A stretch of DNA of 64,000 bases from Gammaproteobacteria bacterium (GTDB lineage: Bacteria > Pseudomonadota > Gammaproteobacteria > WFUO01), in contig WFUO01000064.1 in assembly GCA_015484945.1 (NCBI GenBank), positions 1,373 to 65,372 of the forward strand, given 5' to 3'. A program made the translations under genes and the position numbers. Below the pieces are notes generated by a model, which saw nothing but the letters and a program-made list of their open reading frames with translations, did no database searches and was not told the DNA's origin. Shown here in pieces: positions 24,226-34,068 of this stretch (its first letter is position 1; each line of letters opens with the position of its first letter).

Positions 24226-26502
24226 TTATGCATGCGCCCTGTTGTATTCCAGTGACTCGGTAATTCTATCGACAATATCCTGGAGTTTCTTCAGCTGAAT
24301 GGCCAGATTGTCTTTGTCGTCAGATTTAATTGTTTTCTCGATATCGATACACAAATCCGTGAGGATCTGGAAGCCCATACCGCCACCACTACCCTTGAGG
24401 CTATGTATGATTTTTCCAAGTTCTTCAATATCTCCACTACGGAAGTGTCTTTGGATATCTTTCATTATGCCCGGAAGACGACTGATAAATCTGTTTACAA
24501 TTTGTTCCAGATCTGGCTCATCATCCAGGATCGTTGATGTAATCGGCTTGTCATTTATTTCATCATCTGGTTTGCTAGATGTATATTTCCTGACAATTTC
24601 ATAAAGTGAATCCTGATCTATGGGCTTGGGTATGAAGTCATCAAAGCCTCGTGAAAGGCAGTCTTCGCGATCTTGTTTCATTGCGTTTGCCGTAATGGCG
24701 ATGACAGGGATATTGTATCCCTTGTTGCGTATCTTCTGCAGGGCATCGAACCCATCCATTACCGGCATGTGTATATCCATTAGCACCATGTCATATTGAT
24801 CATTGATTGTATCAACGGCTTTCTCGCCATTCTCGACTATATCTACAATAGCACCGGTCCTGGTCAGGTAGAGTGAAATAAGACTTTGATTGTCTGGGTT
24901 ATCCTCAGCAAGCAGGATGCGAATTTTCCTGTTCTTGCTGTCAAATACCAGGGGCGATGACGGGCTTTTCAGGGTTTTGTAATTACGTGGATTTGCATAC
25001 AGGAGGCCGTGATTGGTTTCGGTGTTTGCGGCAAACGTCAGTGTGAACGTACTTCCCTTTCCGGGTGTGCTTATCGCTCGTATATCTCCGCCAAGCATGT
25101 GTGCCAGTTTACGAGACAGATGCAGGCCAATTCCAGTGCCACCATAACGTCTTGTTGTAGATGAGTCGGCCTGCGTGAAAGAGTTGAAGACATGTTCAAT
25201 CTGATCTTCAGACATGCCAATGCCCGTGTCTATGACATCTATGGACACAAGGTCATACTCACTATCATATGAGATATTCAATGTTATCGAGCCTGTATCA
25301 GTGAACTTGATTGCGTTGCTCGCAAGATTGATCAGTATTTGTTTGAGACGCAGTGGATCCGAAATGATGGTTTCCGGCAACGGGTAGATGAAATTTATAT
25401 CACATTTGAGGCCTTTTTCTATGGCTTGCAACTCAATGATAGAGTGAGTGTCCTCGATGATATCGAACAGTGATGTCTTGATCGGGTTGGTTTCAAGCTT
25501 GTCAGCCTCGATCTTTGAGAGGTCGAGAATATCGTTGATGATACTTAGCAGGTGTTTTCCGCTTTTTACGATACGTTGGATCGATTCTTTTCTCAAATCA
25601 TCGTCTATATCCGGGTCATTCAATGTCTCTCCAAAACCAATGATTGCTGTCAGCGGTGTGCGTATTTCATGACTCATGTTTGCAAGAAACGAGCTCTTGG
25701 CCTTGGTTGCTGCTTCGAGATTCGCATTGGTTTCCCTGAGAATGCGCATGGCGTCATCCTTGTCTGCATAACTTAGTTTCAGAGCACTTATCATGTCATT
25801 GAAGGACTGCGCAAGGATGCCCAGTTCGTCCATTGAGTAGATCGGAGCAATTGTATCCAGATTGCCTGCCGCAACGTCACGGGATGTCTTGATCAACGCC
25901 ATGATAGGACGCAATGCCTTGATTCTGAAGATGATATATATGCTTATACCCAGAAACAGAACAATCGCTGAATTGATCAGGATATTCCGTTTCAGTGCCG
26001 CATTGGCCATGGCCTCCATTCTTTTCTTGCTCAGACCGATGACCAGTTCACCAATTCTGGTATCATCGTTCATGATTGGAAAGCGCATGGATATTATCTC
26101 CGGGTCAGCATTAACGCGTTTGATTGTCTCGAGTATGGAGCCTGACTTGTATTTCCTTATATACGGGTCATTGTTGTCCAGATAGAGAGTGAGATTGACG
26201 CCTTGATTGGATATGATGACACCATAGACAACATCTTCCTGGCCTGTGATCTCTTCCATGTATTTGTCGAGCGTGAATGCATCGTAGCTCAGAATGGCAT
26301 CAGGACTGACGAGGGAGATGAAGCTTCCCAGCATCCTGCCCTTGTCGATGAGTTGGTTTGTGAGTTGCTGGCGCTCCTTGCGGATGCTGTTGTAGGTCGA
26401 TGTGCTCAGCGTGATCGCAAGGATAAGGATGGTCAGTACCGCGAACTTGACGCCGAGACTGCCGTGCTTGAAGGATGTGATCTTGGCTTTTCTCATTCGC
26501 AA
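24226..26502 (-). CDS. Hybrid sensor histidine kinase (TM-periplasmic domain-TM-HAMP-HisKA-HATPase-REC-Hpt)
   Basis: H-box FLANMSHEIRTPLTAIIGF, GGTGIGLHLSRKLAHMLGG, REC DMVLMDIHMPVMDG, C-terminal Hpt IHSLKGSGGGMG. Its stop codon directly abuts the start of the phosphatase gene. Confidence 0.9.
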   Translation of the reverse strand: MRMRKAKITSFKHGSLGVKFAVLTILILAITLSTSTYNSIRKERQQLTNQLIDKGRMLGSFISLVSPDAILSYDAFTLDKYMEEITGQEDVVYGVIISNQGVNLTLYLDNNDPYIRKYKSGSILETIKRVNADPEIISMRFPIMNDDTRIGELVIGLSKKRMEAMANAALKRNILINSAIVLFLGISIYIIFRIKALRPIMALIKTSRDVAAGNLDTIAPIYSMDELGILAQSFNDMISALKLSYADKDDAMRILRETNANLEAATKAKSSFLANMSHEIRTPLTAIIGFGETLNDPDIDDDLRKESIQRIVKSGKHLLSIINDILDLSKIEADKLETNPIKTSLFDIIEDTHSIIELQAIEKGLKCDINFIYPLPETIISDPLRLKQILINLASNAIKFTDTGSITLNISYDSEYDLVSIDVIDTGIGMSEDQIEHVFNSFTQADSSTTRRYGGTGIGLHLSRKLAHMLGGDIRAISTPGKGSTFTLTFAANTETNHGLLYANPRNYKTLKSPSSPLVFDSKNRKIRILLAEDNPDNQSLISLYLTRTGAIVDIVENGEKAVDTINDQYDMVLMDIHMPVMDGFDALQKIRNKGYNIPVIAITANAMKQDREDCLSRGFDDFIPKPIDQDSLYEIVRKYTSSKPDDEINDKPITSTILDDEPDLEQIVNRFISRLPGIMKDIQRHFRSGDIEELGKIIHSLKGSGGGMGFQILTDLCIDIEKTIKSDDKDNLAIQLKKLQDIVDRITESLEYNRAHA

Positions 26503-26816
26503 TCAGGATGCACCAGTGTTCAGCTGTAACACTGAAAATCATATATTTATCAAAAAATTACAAATACAACTATAGTTTATTGCTTTGTAATCACAATATC
26601 GAGCCTGCCAGACAGGCGTATATGCCATTCACATGCTTCAGTGGTCTGTCTTCGACACCAACGGGGCCATTAGGTACCGTCAGGCAAGTATTTGTATATC
26701 TATCTGATATTACAGACAATAAATACCATGCGAAAAGCATGAGAAATGGTCGGCGCTCGTTCTCATCCTAAACAGTGGATAGGGATCCCGTCTTTAAACG
26801 CCTTGGAGTGTTGTGC

Positions 26817-28772
26817 TCAAGGCTGCTTGCCGGTCACCGTTGGCATGAGCGAGCTCAATCTATCCCTGATATCGTAATCAAGAATATATTCATAGATGAC
26901 GATGTAGGCCAGGATATTGCGGATGTATGCGCGTGTTTCCCTGTACGGAATGGATTCTATCCATATATCTGCACTGACGTTGTTTTTTGGGAGCCATTTT
27001 TTGACCCGGTATCCACCTGCATTATAGGCCGCCAACATCAAGGGGATATGGTATCCATACCTGTCAGCCAGTCTGGCAAGATGTCTGACGCCAAACCGAA
27101 TATTGGTGCGCGGTTGATATAATTCCGATTTTCCAGATAGTTTCAGTCTGAATAGCCTGGCTATTGATCGGGCTGTCGCCGGCATGAGTTGCATGAGACC
27201 CATGGCCCCCTTGTGTGAATGCGCATCAATGTTGAAGGCGCTTTCACGACGTATGACACCCAGTATCAGCGAAGGATCGAGCTGGTACTTCCGTGCAAGC
27301 CTGAAAACCAGTTTTTTGTGAAGGACGGGGAATCTGAGTCTGATATCGTGGTAATTTTTGAGTCTTGCGAGTTCATGGATGACTCTTTCATGCCAGCCCC
27401 ACTGGTGCGCAAGAATAACCGCAAGTTTTGCATCTTCTTCATTGAGATAAGGTGTGTGTCTGGTCCATTCCCTGCGGGCATTCAGCCTGTCTCCATGCCA
27501 GTACAGTTCCCTGACCCGTTTTATCCATGATTGTTTTTTGAATGACTTGAGTCTTGAGGAAGAGTAACGCAAATTCTGCTCCTCGAAGCTGTATTGCCGG
27601 CCTGTCCTGTCAGCCGCCAGAAAGCCATAATAGGATCGCCTGCTCGCCAGGGACCGGTAGAGTTTGAATGCTTCGTTACGGTTTCCCAGAACCGTCAGGG
27701 TACGTGCCCGCCAGTATCGCCATTTGTCTCGTGCCGCCTCGGAAGCAGGCAGCTTGTCCAGCAGTTTGAGAACCTGATGCCAGTTACCGTACAGCAGGTT
27801 GAGTCGGATCTTCCATGTCAATATGGTTTTGTCATGAAAGGCTGGTGTTGTGGTGTTGAGCCAATGCAGTGCATCTGGAGCATGCTTGCGTGCCAATGAC
27901 AGGGCGATTCTTGCATGGATCATCTGGTGTGTGGTGTCATCGATGGTACGCCTTCTGCGTATCTTTTTCAGTAATCGGATGGCTGTCTCCGGGTCGATGC
28001 TCGCCAGCCGCAGCATGGTGTGGCGGAGTATGTTCATTGCCTGGGGATGACTGTGGTCCAGGTAACCACGTCTGCCTGCAAGACCGGGTCTTCGGTATAG
28101 CCTGTACCATTTCAACGCAATGCGCCGATCCTTGCCTTGCAGCCAGGTCCGGGCAAGATAGCGTGCAAGGCGTGGATTGTGGTATGCCATGGCCAGGCGG
28201 ATTCTCAACCAGATCCGTTTTCTATTCAGTTCTCCCTTTTGATGCCAGGCTTCGATGACAGGATCACAGACGCCTGGTAATGAATAGCCGGTGGTCCATA
28301 GCGTCTCCATGCCCTGGAATGCCCGTTTTTCATGGCCGGTTCTGAGCAGGGCTTGACGCCACAGGCACTGCAGGCGGAGCGAATTGTCAGGTTGATAGAA
28401 TCTGAGAAAATCTTGCCATTTTCCGGCACGTGCCAGCTGGATCAGGAACAGTCTGCGCAGGCGGCTTGCCAGATGCAGATGCTGGTAACGGCGCAGGAAT
28501 TCGATGATCTCTTTTTCATTTCCTGCCAATGTGGTCAGGCGCAGGTAATCGTAACGCAGGTAAGGATAGAGTGGATAGGACTTGAGGCCAGGCAGCAGGG
28601 TCAGGAACTTTCTTATCCGTCCTTGTTTCAGATAATGTCTTGCCTGCCGGTATGTATCTCTTTGTTTCTGCAGGATAGGATCTGTCGTGTCTGGCGGCAG
28701 GTGGCTGGAAACCGCCGGGCTGGCCTGGCACAGGCAGGTGAGTATGGTAAAAATGATGGTCAGAACCCGCAT
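26817..28772 (-). CDS. slt: Soluble lytic murein transglycosylase (Slt70-like)
   Basis: Signal peptide MRVLTIIFTILTCLCQA, a long superhelical U-domain, and the C-terminal SLT motif RRESAFNIDAHSHKGAMGLMQLMPATA. The ORF track start at 28778 is a TTG; the ATG at 28772 is preferred. Confidence 0.9.
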   Translation of the reverse strand: MRVLTIIFTILTCLCQASPAVSSHLPPDTTDPILQKQRDTYRQARHYLKQGRIRKFLTLLPGLKSYPLYPYLRYDYLRLTTLAGNEKEIIEFLRRYQHLHLASRLRRLFLIQLARAGKWQDFLRFYQPDNSLRLQCLWRQALLRTGHEKRAFQGMETLWTTGYSLPGVCDPVIEAWHQKGELNRKRIWLRIRLAMAYHNPRLARYLARTWLQGKDRRIALKWYRLYRRPGLAGRRGYLDHSHPQAMNILRHTMLRLASIDPETAIRLLKKIRRRRTIDDTTHQMIHARIALSLARKHAPDALHWLNTTTPAFHDKTILTWKIRLNLLYGNWHQVLKLLDKLPASEAARDKWRYWRARTLTVLGNRNEAFKLYRSLASRRSYYGFLAADRTGRQYSFEEQNLRYSSSRLKSFKKQSWIKRVRELYWHGDRLNARREWTRHTPYLNEEDAKLAVILAHQWGWHERVIHELARLKNYHDIRLRFPVLHKKLVFRLARKYQLDPSLILGVIRRESAFNIDAHSHKGAMGLMQLMPATARSIARLFRLKLSGKSELYQPRTNIRFGVRHLARLADRYGYHIPLMLAAYNAGGYRVKKWLPKNNVSADIWIESIPYRETRAYIRNILAYIVIYEYILDYDIRDRLSSLMPTVTGKQP

Positions 28773-28846
28773 TGCCAATATTACGTCATAGTGGCATCAT
28801 GATCGCAAGAATTGATTGGCCAGGTTGAACGTTTTTCTTTGGGTGG

Positions 28847-29116
28847 ATGGTTTCCTTTCCGAGCGGCATGGTGAACAGGACAACACATGTCATGTATCTC
28901 GATATCAGCGCTGATCAGTATTTGCGCTACTATTCCGGTTCGGCGAAATCTGTTATGGCAAAAACAACCGACGGCCTGACCATACGGTTTCCAGCCAATG
29001 TGCTGCAAAAATATCTGCTCAAAGATGGTATCAAGGGTGTCTTTCGTATCGTTTATGACGAGCATCATCGTTTGGTCAGTTTCGACAGGGTAGGGGATGT
29101 TGGGCAGGTGGATTGA
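28847..29116 (+). CDS. DUF2835-family small protein
   Basis: MYLDISADQYLRYYSGSAKSVMAKTTDGLTIRFPANVLQKYLLKDGIKGVFRIVYDEHHRLVSF matches my recollection of the DUF2835 pattern. The true start may be the internal ATG at 28892. Confidence 0.55.
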   Translation: MVSFPSGMVNRTTHVMYLDISADQYLRYYSGSAKSVMAKTTDGLTIRFPANVLQKYLLKDGIKGVFRIVYDEHHRLVSFDRVGDVGQVD

Positions 29117-30176
29117 CAGGGTGCCGGCTTTACGCGGTCAGTGTCTGGTGTCATGTCTGGTGGTCATTACAGCTGCAGTCTTCTTTATGCCTGTTCAGGC
29201 GCAGGACTCCATCGAGCGGCCGGGGTTCAGTGATAAGCCCCTGAAGACACCGATAACTACGCCCGCCTGGTTCAAGCTTAGCTTTCTTGAATTGCACGAC
29301 GATGTCATGGACGCCAAAAAAGCCGGTAAACGCGGCATCATTCTTTACTTTGGGCAGAAATACTGCCCGTATTGCAAGGCTTTTCTTCATGATAATTTTA
29401 CCAAGCGGGACATCGTTCACTATACACGCAAGCATTTCGACGTCATCGCCATCAACGTAAAAGGGTCTCGCCTGGTGACAGACGTCAATGGCGATGTAAT
29501 GCCGGAAAACGAATATGCGATTCGCTACAAGGCGAATTTCACGCCAACCATCGTGTTTGTCGGCACCGATGGCAAGTATCTTCTGCGCCTGGTGGGTTAT
29601 CAGTCACCTTACAGATTCATGGCGGCACTGGAATTCATTGCCGACAACCACATTAAAAAAATGGACTTCCGCCGATTTCTGCGTCAGGTCAATGTGCTGG
29701 TCAAACCGGACAAGGGGCAGCTTGCCAAACGTTCTTTCTACATGAAGCAGCCCTATGTACTGGCACGTAGCCGCCGTTTCGCCCATTACTCACGTCCACT
29801 TCTTGTCATCTTCGAGCAGCGTGACTGCTATGCCTGTGATGTCCTGCATTCGGGCGCCCTGTCTGATCGCAGGATTCTGAACCGTCTGCGGGCTTTCGAT
29901 GTAGTGCAGATCGATATCTGGGGAAAGACACCTGTTGTTACACCGGCAGGCAAGCGTATGAAATCCAGTGCATGGGCCGAGAAGATGAACATTACCTATA
30001 CACCCACGCTGGTATTCTTTTCGCGTGCCGGTCGCGAGATCATCCGGGTCGAATCCATCATACATTTCAATCGTCTTGCCGGGGTTCTGGAATATGTCTC
30101 CAGTGGTGCCTGGAAACGTTATCGTACGTTTCTGGCATGGCGCGCGAGCAGGAAAAGAGACAGCCAGCATAAATGA
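29097..30176 (+). CDS. Secreted thioredoxin-fold protein with two Trx-like modules
   Basis: The signal-like N-terminus ends in VQAQD. The first module carries a CPYC motif (YFGQKYCPYCKAF) and the second a CYAC motif (FEQRDCYACDVLH). Confidence 0.7.
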   Translation: MLGRWIDRVPALRGQCLVSCLVVITAAVFFMPVQAQDSIERPGFSDKPLKTPITTPAWFKLSFLELHDDVMDAKKAGKRGIILYFGQKYCPYCKAFLHDNFTKRDIVHYTRKHFDVIAINVKGSRLVTDVNGDVMPENEYAIRYKANFTPTIVFVGTDGKYLLRLVGYQSPYRFMAALEFIADNHIKKMDFRRFLRQVNVLVKPDKGQLAKRSFYMKQPYVLARSRRFAHYSRPLLVIFEQRDCYACDVLHSGALSDRRILNRLRAFDVVQIDIWGKTPVVTPAGKRMKSSAWAEKMNITYTPTLVFFSRAGREIIRVESIIHFNRLAGVLEYVSSGAWKRYRTFLAWRASRKRDSQHK

Positions 30177-30287
30177 ATCAGGCCGAGTGGCTCGTGCTCG
30201 GTTCCCGACGGTGTCGGCACCAAGACAACTACTTGAAATTCCGTGCAATATGCACCATACATAGGGTTGTCAACATTCGTAAGTCTT

Positions 30288-32504
30288 ATGCAGAGCACAC
30301 ACAGCCAATATATCACTGCCGATGGCCAACCAGGCTTCAACCTGGGAGAGTGGCTGCACGTCGTCGCCGGGCAGTACTCCAGCGAAGACTACGAGGCCAT
30401 AGGCGCAGCTGCTTCTTTTTGTATTGAGGCCCATGGCGACCAGAAGCGCGCCTCTGGTGACCCGTATTTTCTCCACCCCTTTGCTGTCGCCAGCATCCTG
30501 ATTCATCTGAAAATGGACGCCGATACCATCCGTGCGGCCTTGCTGCACGATGTGGTCGAGGATACAGATATCACCATCGATATGCTGAGGGAGCAGTTCG
30601 GTGATACCGTGGCCATGCTCGTCGATGGCGTCACGAAGATGGACATCATTACCGACTATCCTGACAACAGTGGCGGTGCGCCGAGAGACAAGGTCAATGC
30701 AGAAAGTCTGAGAAAACTGCTGCTAGCAATGGTGGAGGATGTGCGTGTGGTCTTGATCAAGCTGGCCGATCGTCTGCACAACATGCGTACCCTTTCATTC
30801 CTCGACCGGGAGAAACAGCTCAGTATTGCCCGTGAGACACTGGATATTTTCAGTCCGCTGGCCAATCGTCTTGGTATCTGGCAGATAAAGTGGGAGCTGG
30901 AGGATCTTTCACTGCGGTATCTGGAGCCGGAGACCTACAAGAATATCGCACGCATGCTCGACGAGAAGCGGATCTCGCGCGAGAAATACATCGACAATGT
31001 GCTGGAGATCATACGCAAGGAGCTGGACAAGGCCGGTATCAAGGCGGAGGTCAGTGGCAGACCCAAGCATATCTATAGTATCTGGAAAAAGATGAAGCGC
31101 AAGGGTGTAGGTTTTCACGAGATCTTCGACGTTCGTGCAGTCAGGATCATTACCGAAAGTGTGGCCGATTGTTATGCCGCGCTCGGTATCGTGCATACCA
31201 TGTGGAAGCATATACCCAAGGAATTTGATGATTACATTGCCACTCCCAAGGAGAATCTGTACCAGTCGATTCATACAGCTGTTATCGGACCTGAAGGAAA
31301 AACACTGGAGGTGCAGATTCGAACCCGGGAGATGCATGAACATGCAGAGCTTGGTGTGGCCGCACACTGGGTGTACAAGGAAGGGCAGAAGCAGGATGCC
31401 GCATTTGAAAGCAAGATTGCCTGGCTGAGGCAGTTGCTGGAATGGAAGGAAGAGGAAGAAAATGCGGGTGACTTCATTGACCGGTTCAAGGCCGAAGTCT
31501 ATGAGGACAGGGTCTATGTGCTCACGCCCATGGGAAAGGTGGTCGATCTTTCCCGTGGCGCCACCCCGCTGGACTTTGCCTACCACATCCATACGGATGT
31601 CGGCCACCGTTGCCGGGGCGCCAAGGTTAATGGTCGTATCGTGCCGCTGACTTACGAATTGCGCAGTGGTGATCAGGTCGAGATTCTGACTACCCGAAAC
31701 GGCACGCCAAGCCGTGACTGGCTCAATCCTTACCTTGGTTATCTCAAGACCTCGCGTGCCCGTGCCAAGGTCAGGGCCTGGTTCAGACAGCAGGATCAGG
31801 AAAAGAATATCGCTGCTGGCCGTTTGATGCTCGACCGTGAACTCAATCGTCTGGGTGTCAGTAATGAAAAGATTGAGACATTGTCAACGAAGATGGGCTT
31901 TGGTGATGTCAGTGATTTTCTCTCTGCAATTGGCAGGGGAGAGGTTTCACCCGGGAAGATTGCGGGTTACCTGCAAAAAGAAGTCGAAAGCGAGACACAC
32001 GAGGATACCGAGCTGCTGCGTCACCATCAGCCGCGCAAGTCCAGAAACATGGATGGTGATGTCTCAATTCATGGTGTCGGCAACCTTATGACCAATATCG
32101 CCAGATGCTGCAAGCCGTTGCCTGGTGACGAAATTGTCGGTTATATCACCAAAGGAAGAGGTGTTAGCATCCATCGCAAGGATTGCCCCAATATCCTTCG
32201 TCTAGGGCAGGAAGATCGTGGCCGTTTGATCCAGGTATCCTGGGGAGGACGTCAGGAGAGTAATGCCTATCCTGTCGATATTCATGTGCTGGCCTATGAC
32301 AGGCAGGGCTTGTTGCGCGATATCACCGCAATATTCACCAATGAAAAGGTGAATGTACTGGCTGTCAATACCATGACCGACATCAAGGATCACATGGCAC
32401 GCATGTCGTTGACCGTGGAGATTGTCGATATCGACCAGCTCAGCCGTATTCTGATGAAGATCTCTCAGCTGCCCAACGTCATCGAGGTCAAGAGGAAGCG
32501 CTGA
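30288..32504 (+). CDS. relA: RelA/SpoT-family (p)ppGpp synthetase, RelA-like synthetase domain
   Basis: SGRPKHIYSIWKKMKRKGVGFHEIFDVRAVRII...EFDDYIATPKENLYQSIHT...ELGVAAHWVYKEG, followed by TGS and ACT regions. The track start at 30243 is a GTG; the ATG at 30288 is used here. Confidence 0.9.
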   Translation: MQSTHSQYITADGQPGFNLGEWLHVVAGQYSSEDYEAIGAAASFCIEAHGDQKRASGDPYFLHPFAVASILIHLKMDADTIRAALLHDVVEDTDITIDMLREQFGDTVAMLVDGVTKMDIITDYPDNSGGAPRDKVNAESLRKLLLAMVEDVRVVLIKLADRLHNMRTLSFLDREKQLSIARETLDIFSPLANRLGIWQIKWELEDLSLRYLEPETYKNIARMLDEKRISREKYIDNVLEIIRKELDKAGIKAEVSGRPKHIYSIWKKMKRKGVGFHEIFDVRAVRIITESVADCYAALGIVHTMWKHIPKEFDDYIATPKENLYQSIHTAVIGPEGKTLEVQIRTREMHEHAELGVAAHWVYKEGQKQDAAFESKIAWLRQLLEWKEEEENAGDFIDRFKAEVYEDRVYVLTPMGKVVDLSRGATPLDFAYHIHTDVGHRCRGAKVNGRIVPLTYELRSGDQVEILTTRNGTPSRDWLNPYLGYLKTSRARAKVRAWFRQQDQEKNIAAGRLMLDRELNRLGVSNEKIETLSTKMGFGDVSDFLSAIGRGEVSPGKIAGYLQKEVESETHEDTELLRHHQPRKSRNMDGDVSIHGVGNLMTNIARCCKPLPGDEIVGYITKGRGVSIHRKDCPNILRLGQEDRGRLIQVSWGGRQESNAYPVDIHVLAYDRQGLLRDITAIFTNEKVNVLAVNTMTDIKDHMARMSLTVEIVDIDQLSRILMKISQLPNVIEVKRKR

Positions 32505-32552
32505 TCCGGTCGCCCGATTGACCGCCACAGGGGGGCATGCGCTGGTAGTGTA

Positions 32553-32581
32553 TTGCGCGAAAACCGGCAAATGGCGATAAT
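32553..32581 (+). promoter_or_regulatory. Candidate sigma-70 promoter for tRNA-Arg(CCU)
   Basis: TTGCGC, a 17-nt spacer, then GATAAT, ending 9 nt before the tRNA 5' end. Confidence 0.5.
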
Positions 32582-32590
32582 AGCCCGGTT

Positions 32591-32667
32591 GCCCCGGTAG
32601 CTCAGCTGGATAGAGCAATCGCCTCCTAAGCGATAGGTCGGACGTTCGAATCGTCTCCGGGGCGCCA
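32591..32667 (+). tRNA. tRNA-Arg (anticodon CCU)
   Basis: 77 nt. Acceptor gccccgg/ccggggc, anticodon arm atcgc-ctCCTaa-gcgat, T-arm ggacg-ttcgaat-cgtct, encoded CCA. Confidence 0.96.
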
Positions 32668-32697
32668 CTTCCTTTCTGCCGGTCGAGCCTGACATTC

Positions 32698-33402
32698 ATG
32701 CCGCACAGCCAGCGCAACAGAATTTCGATCATCATTCCGGTTCTGAACGAGGCAGACCGCATTGGCGGATTGCTCAGTACCCTGCAATCTGTACGTGCTG
32801 ATGGTCATGAGATCATCGTCGTAGATGGGGGCAGCAATGACGGCAGTATTGCCCGGGCATTGCCATTGGCGGACAAGGTGGTCATCGCGGCGCAGGGAAG
32901 GGCGCGCCAGATGATGGCGGGTACTGCCCAGGCGACAGGGGACAGACTCTGGTTTGTGCATGCTGATACGATCATCCATCCCGCCAGGCTCGGCGACATG
33001 CTTTCAACCATCACCGCATGCCCTCTGTGGGGTTTCTTTCCCGTCAGGCTGGACTCCCACAAGCCCATGCTGGGTCTCGTTGCCAGGCTGATGAATCTTC
33101 GTTCCCGCCTGACTGGCATTGCAACCGGTGATCAGGGCATTTTCATCACTCGCTCTTGTTACAGGCAATGTGGCGGTTACAGGGATCTGGCATTGATGGA
33201 AGACATCGATTTGTGTCGCCGTCTGCGACGTTATGGTCCGCCATTTGTTGGACATGTACATATATTGACCAGCGCGCGGAAATGGGAGCATGAAGGGGTA
33301 TTGCATACCGTCATACTGATGTGGCTTACCCGGTTGCGTTTCTTTCTCGGTGCCGATACACGGAAGCTGGCTTCCAGTTATTATGCCAGGCATGATCAAT
33401 GA
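32698..33402 (+). CDS. Family-2 glycosyltransferase (TIGR04283-like)
   Basis: ISIIIPVLNEADRIGGLLSTLQSVRADGHEIIVVDGGSNDGS is a GT-A N-terminal signature. The gene is paired with a DUF2064 gene, as is typical for this family. Confidence 0.8.
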   Translation: MPHSQRNRISIIIPVLNEADRIGGLLSTLQSVRADGHEIIVVDGGSNDGSIARALPLADKVVIAAQGRARQMMAGTAQATGDRLWFVHADTIIHPARLGDMLSTITACPLWGFFPVRLDSHKPMLGLVARLMNLRSRLTGIATGDQGIFITRSCYRQCGGYRDLALMEDIDLCRRLRRYGPPFVGHVHILTSARKWEHEGVLHTVILMWLTRLRFFLGADTRKLASSYYARHDQ

Positions 33403-34034
33403 AGTGTGCACTGGCCATCATGCTCAAGGCGCCGCGGCCTGGCAGGGTCAAGACAAGGCTGGCATCCCGTTATGGCGCGCGTGGAGCCACCCGGATCTAC
33501 CGGCAACTGGTCGAGGATACCTATGCGCGCATGCGCGCCGTTAATGGGCTGGATGTCTTTCTGTCGGTGAGCCCCGGCCGCTGGGACCCGCTATTTGCTC
33601 GTGCGCCTGTCGATCACATGGAGAGGATTCTCGTTCAGGGCCCTGGTGATCTCGGCGCCAGGATGCAAAGCTTGTGCAGGCGTCTGCTGGGCCGTTATCA
33701 GGGCGTTATTCTGATTGGCGGCGATTGTCCGGATCTCGGTGCAGACTTGGTTGACGAAGCGGTGACCAGGTTGCGTCGTCATGATGTAGTCATCGGACCC
33801 GCTGTGGATGGCGGCTATTATCTGATCGGTCTCCGGCGTGATCTGCCCGGTCTGTTCGCCGGTATCGACTGGGGCAGCGCAAGGGTATTGCGCCAGACAC
33901 TGAGATGGCTTGATCGTTACCACGTGCAAGCGTTCCTGTTGCCTCTACTGACCGATATTGACGAGCCGCAAGACGTGCGCGCCTGGAAAAGATTACGCGC
34001 TGATGCCCTGGCTTCGGCAGGGCCGGATGGATAG
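33399..34034 (+). CDS. DUF2064 / TIGR04282-family glycosyltransferase-like protein
   Basis: MKCALAIMLKAPRPGRVKTRLASRYGARGATRIYRQLVEDT...GGDCPDL...GPAVDGGYYLIGL. It overlaps the upstream gene by 4 nt. Confidence 0.8.
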   Translation: MKCALAIMLKAPRPGRVKTRLASRYGARGATRIYRQLVEDTYARMRAVNGLDVFLSVSPGRWDPLFARAPVDHMERILVQGPGDLGARMQSLCRRLLGRYQGVILIGGDCPDLGADLVDEAVTRLRRHDVVIGPAVDGGYYLIGLRRDLPGLFAGIDWGSARVLRQTLRWLDRYHVQAFLLPLLTDIDEPQDVRAWKRLRADALASAGPDG

Positions 34035-34068
34035 ATTCAGTCAGATCAGGTGGGGCAGATGACGGCTG

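Noticed and set aside
26508-26771. 87-aa ORF in the AT-rich spacer between the hybrid kinase and slt (also 22358-22585)
   Set aside because: It is low-complexity, has no RBS, and lies in promoter or terminator regions of the flanking genes.
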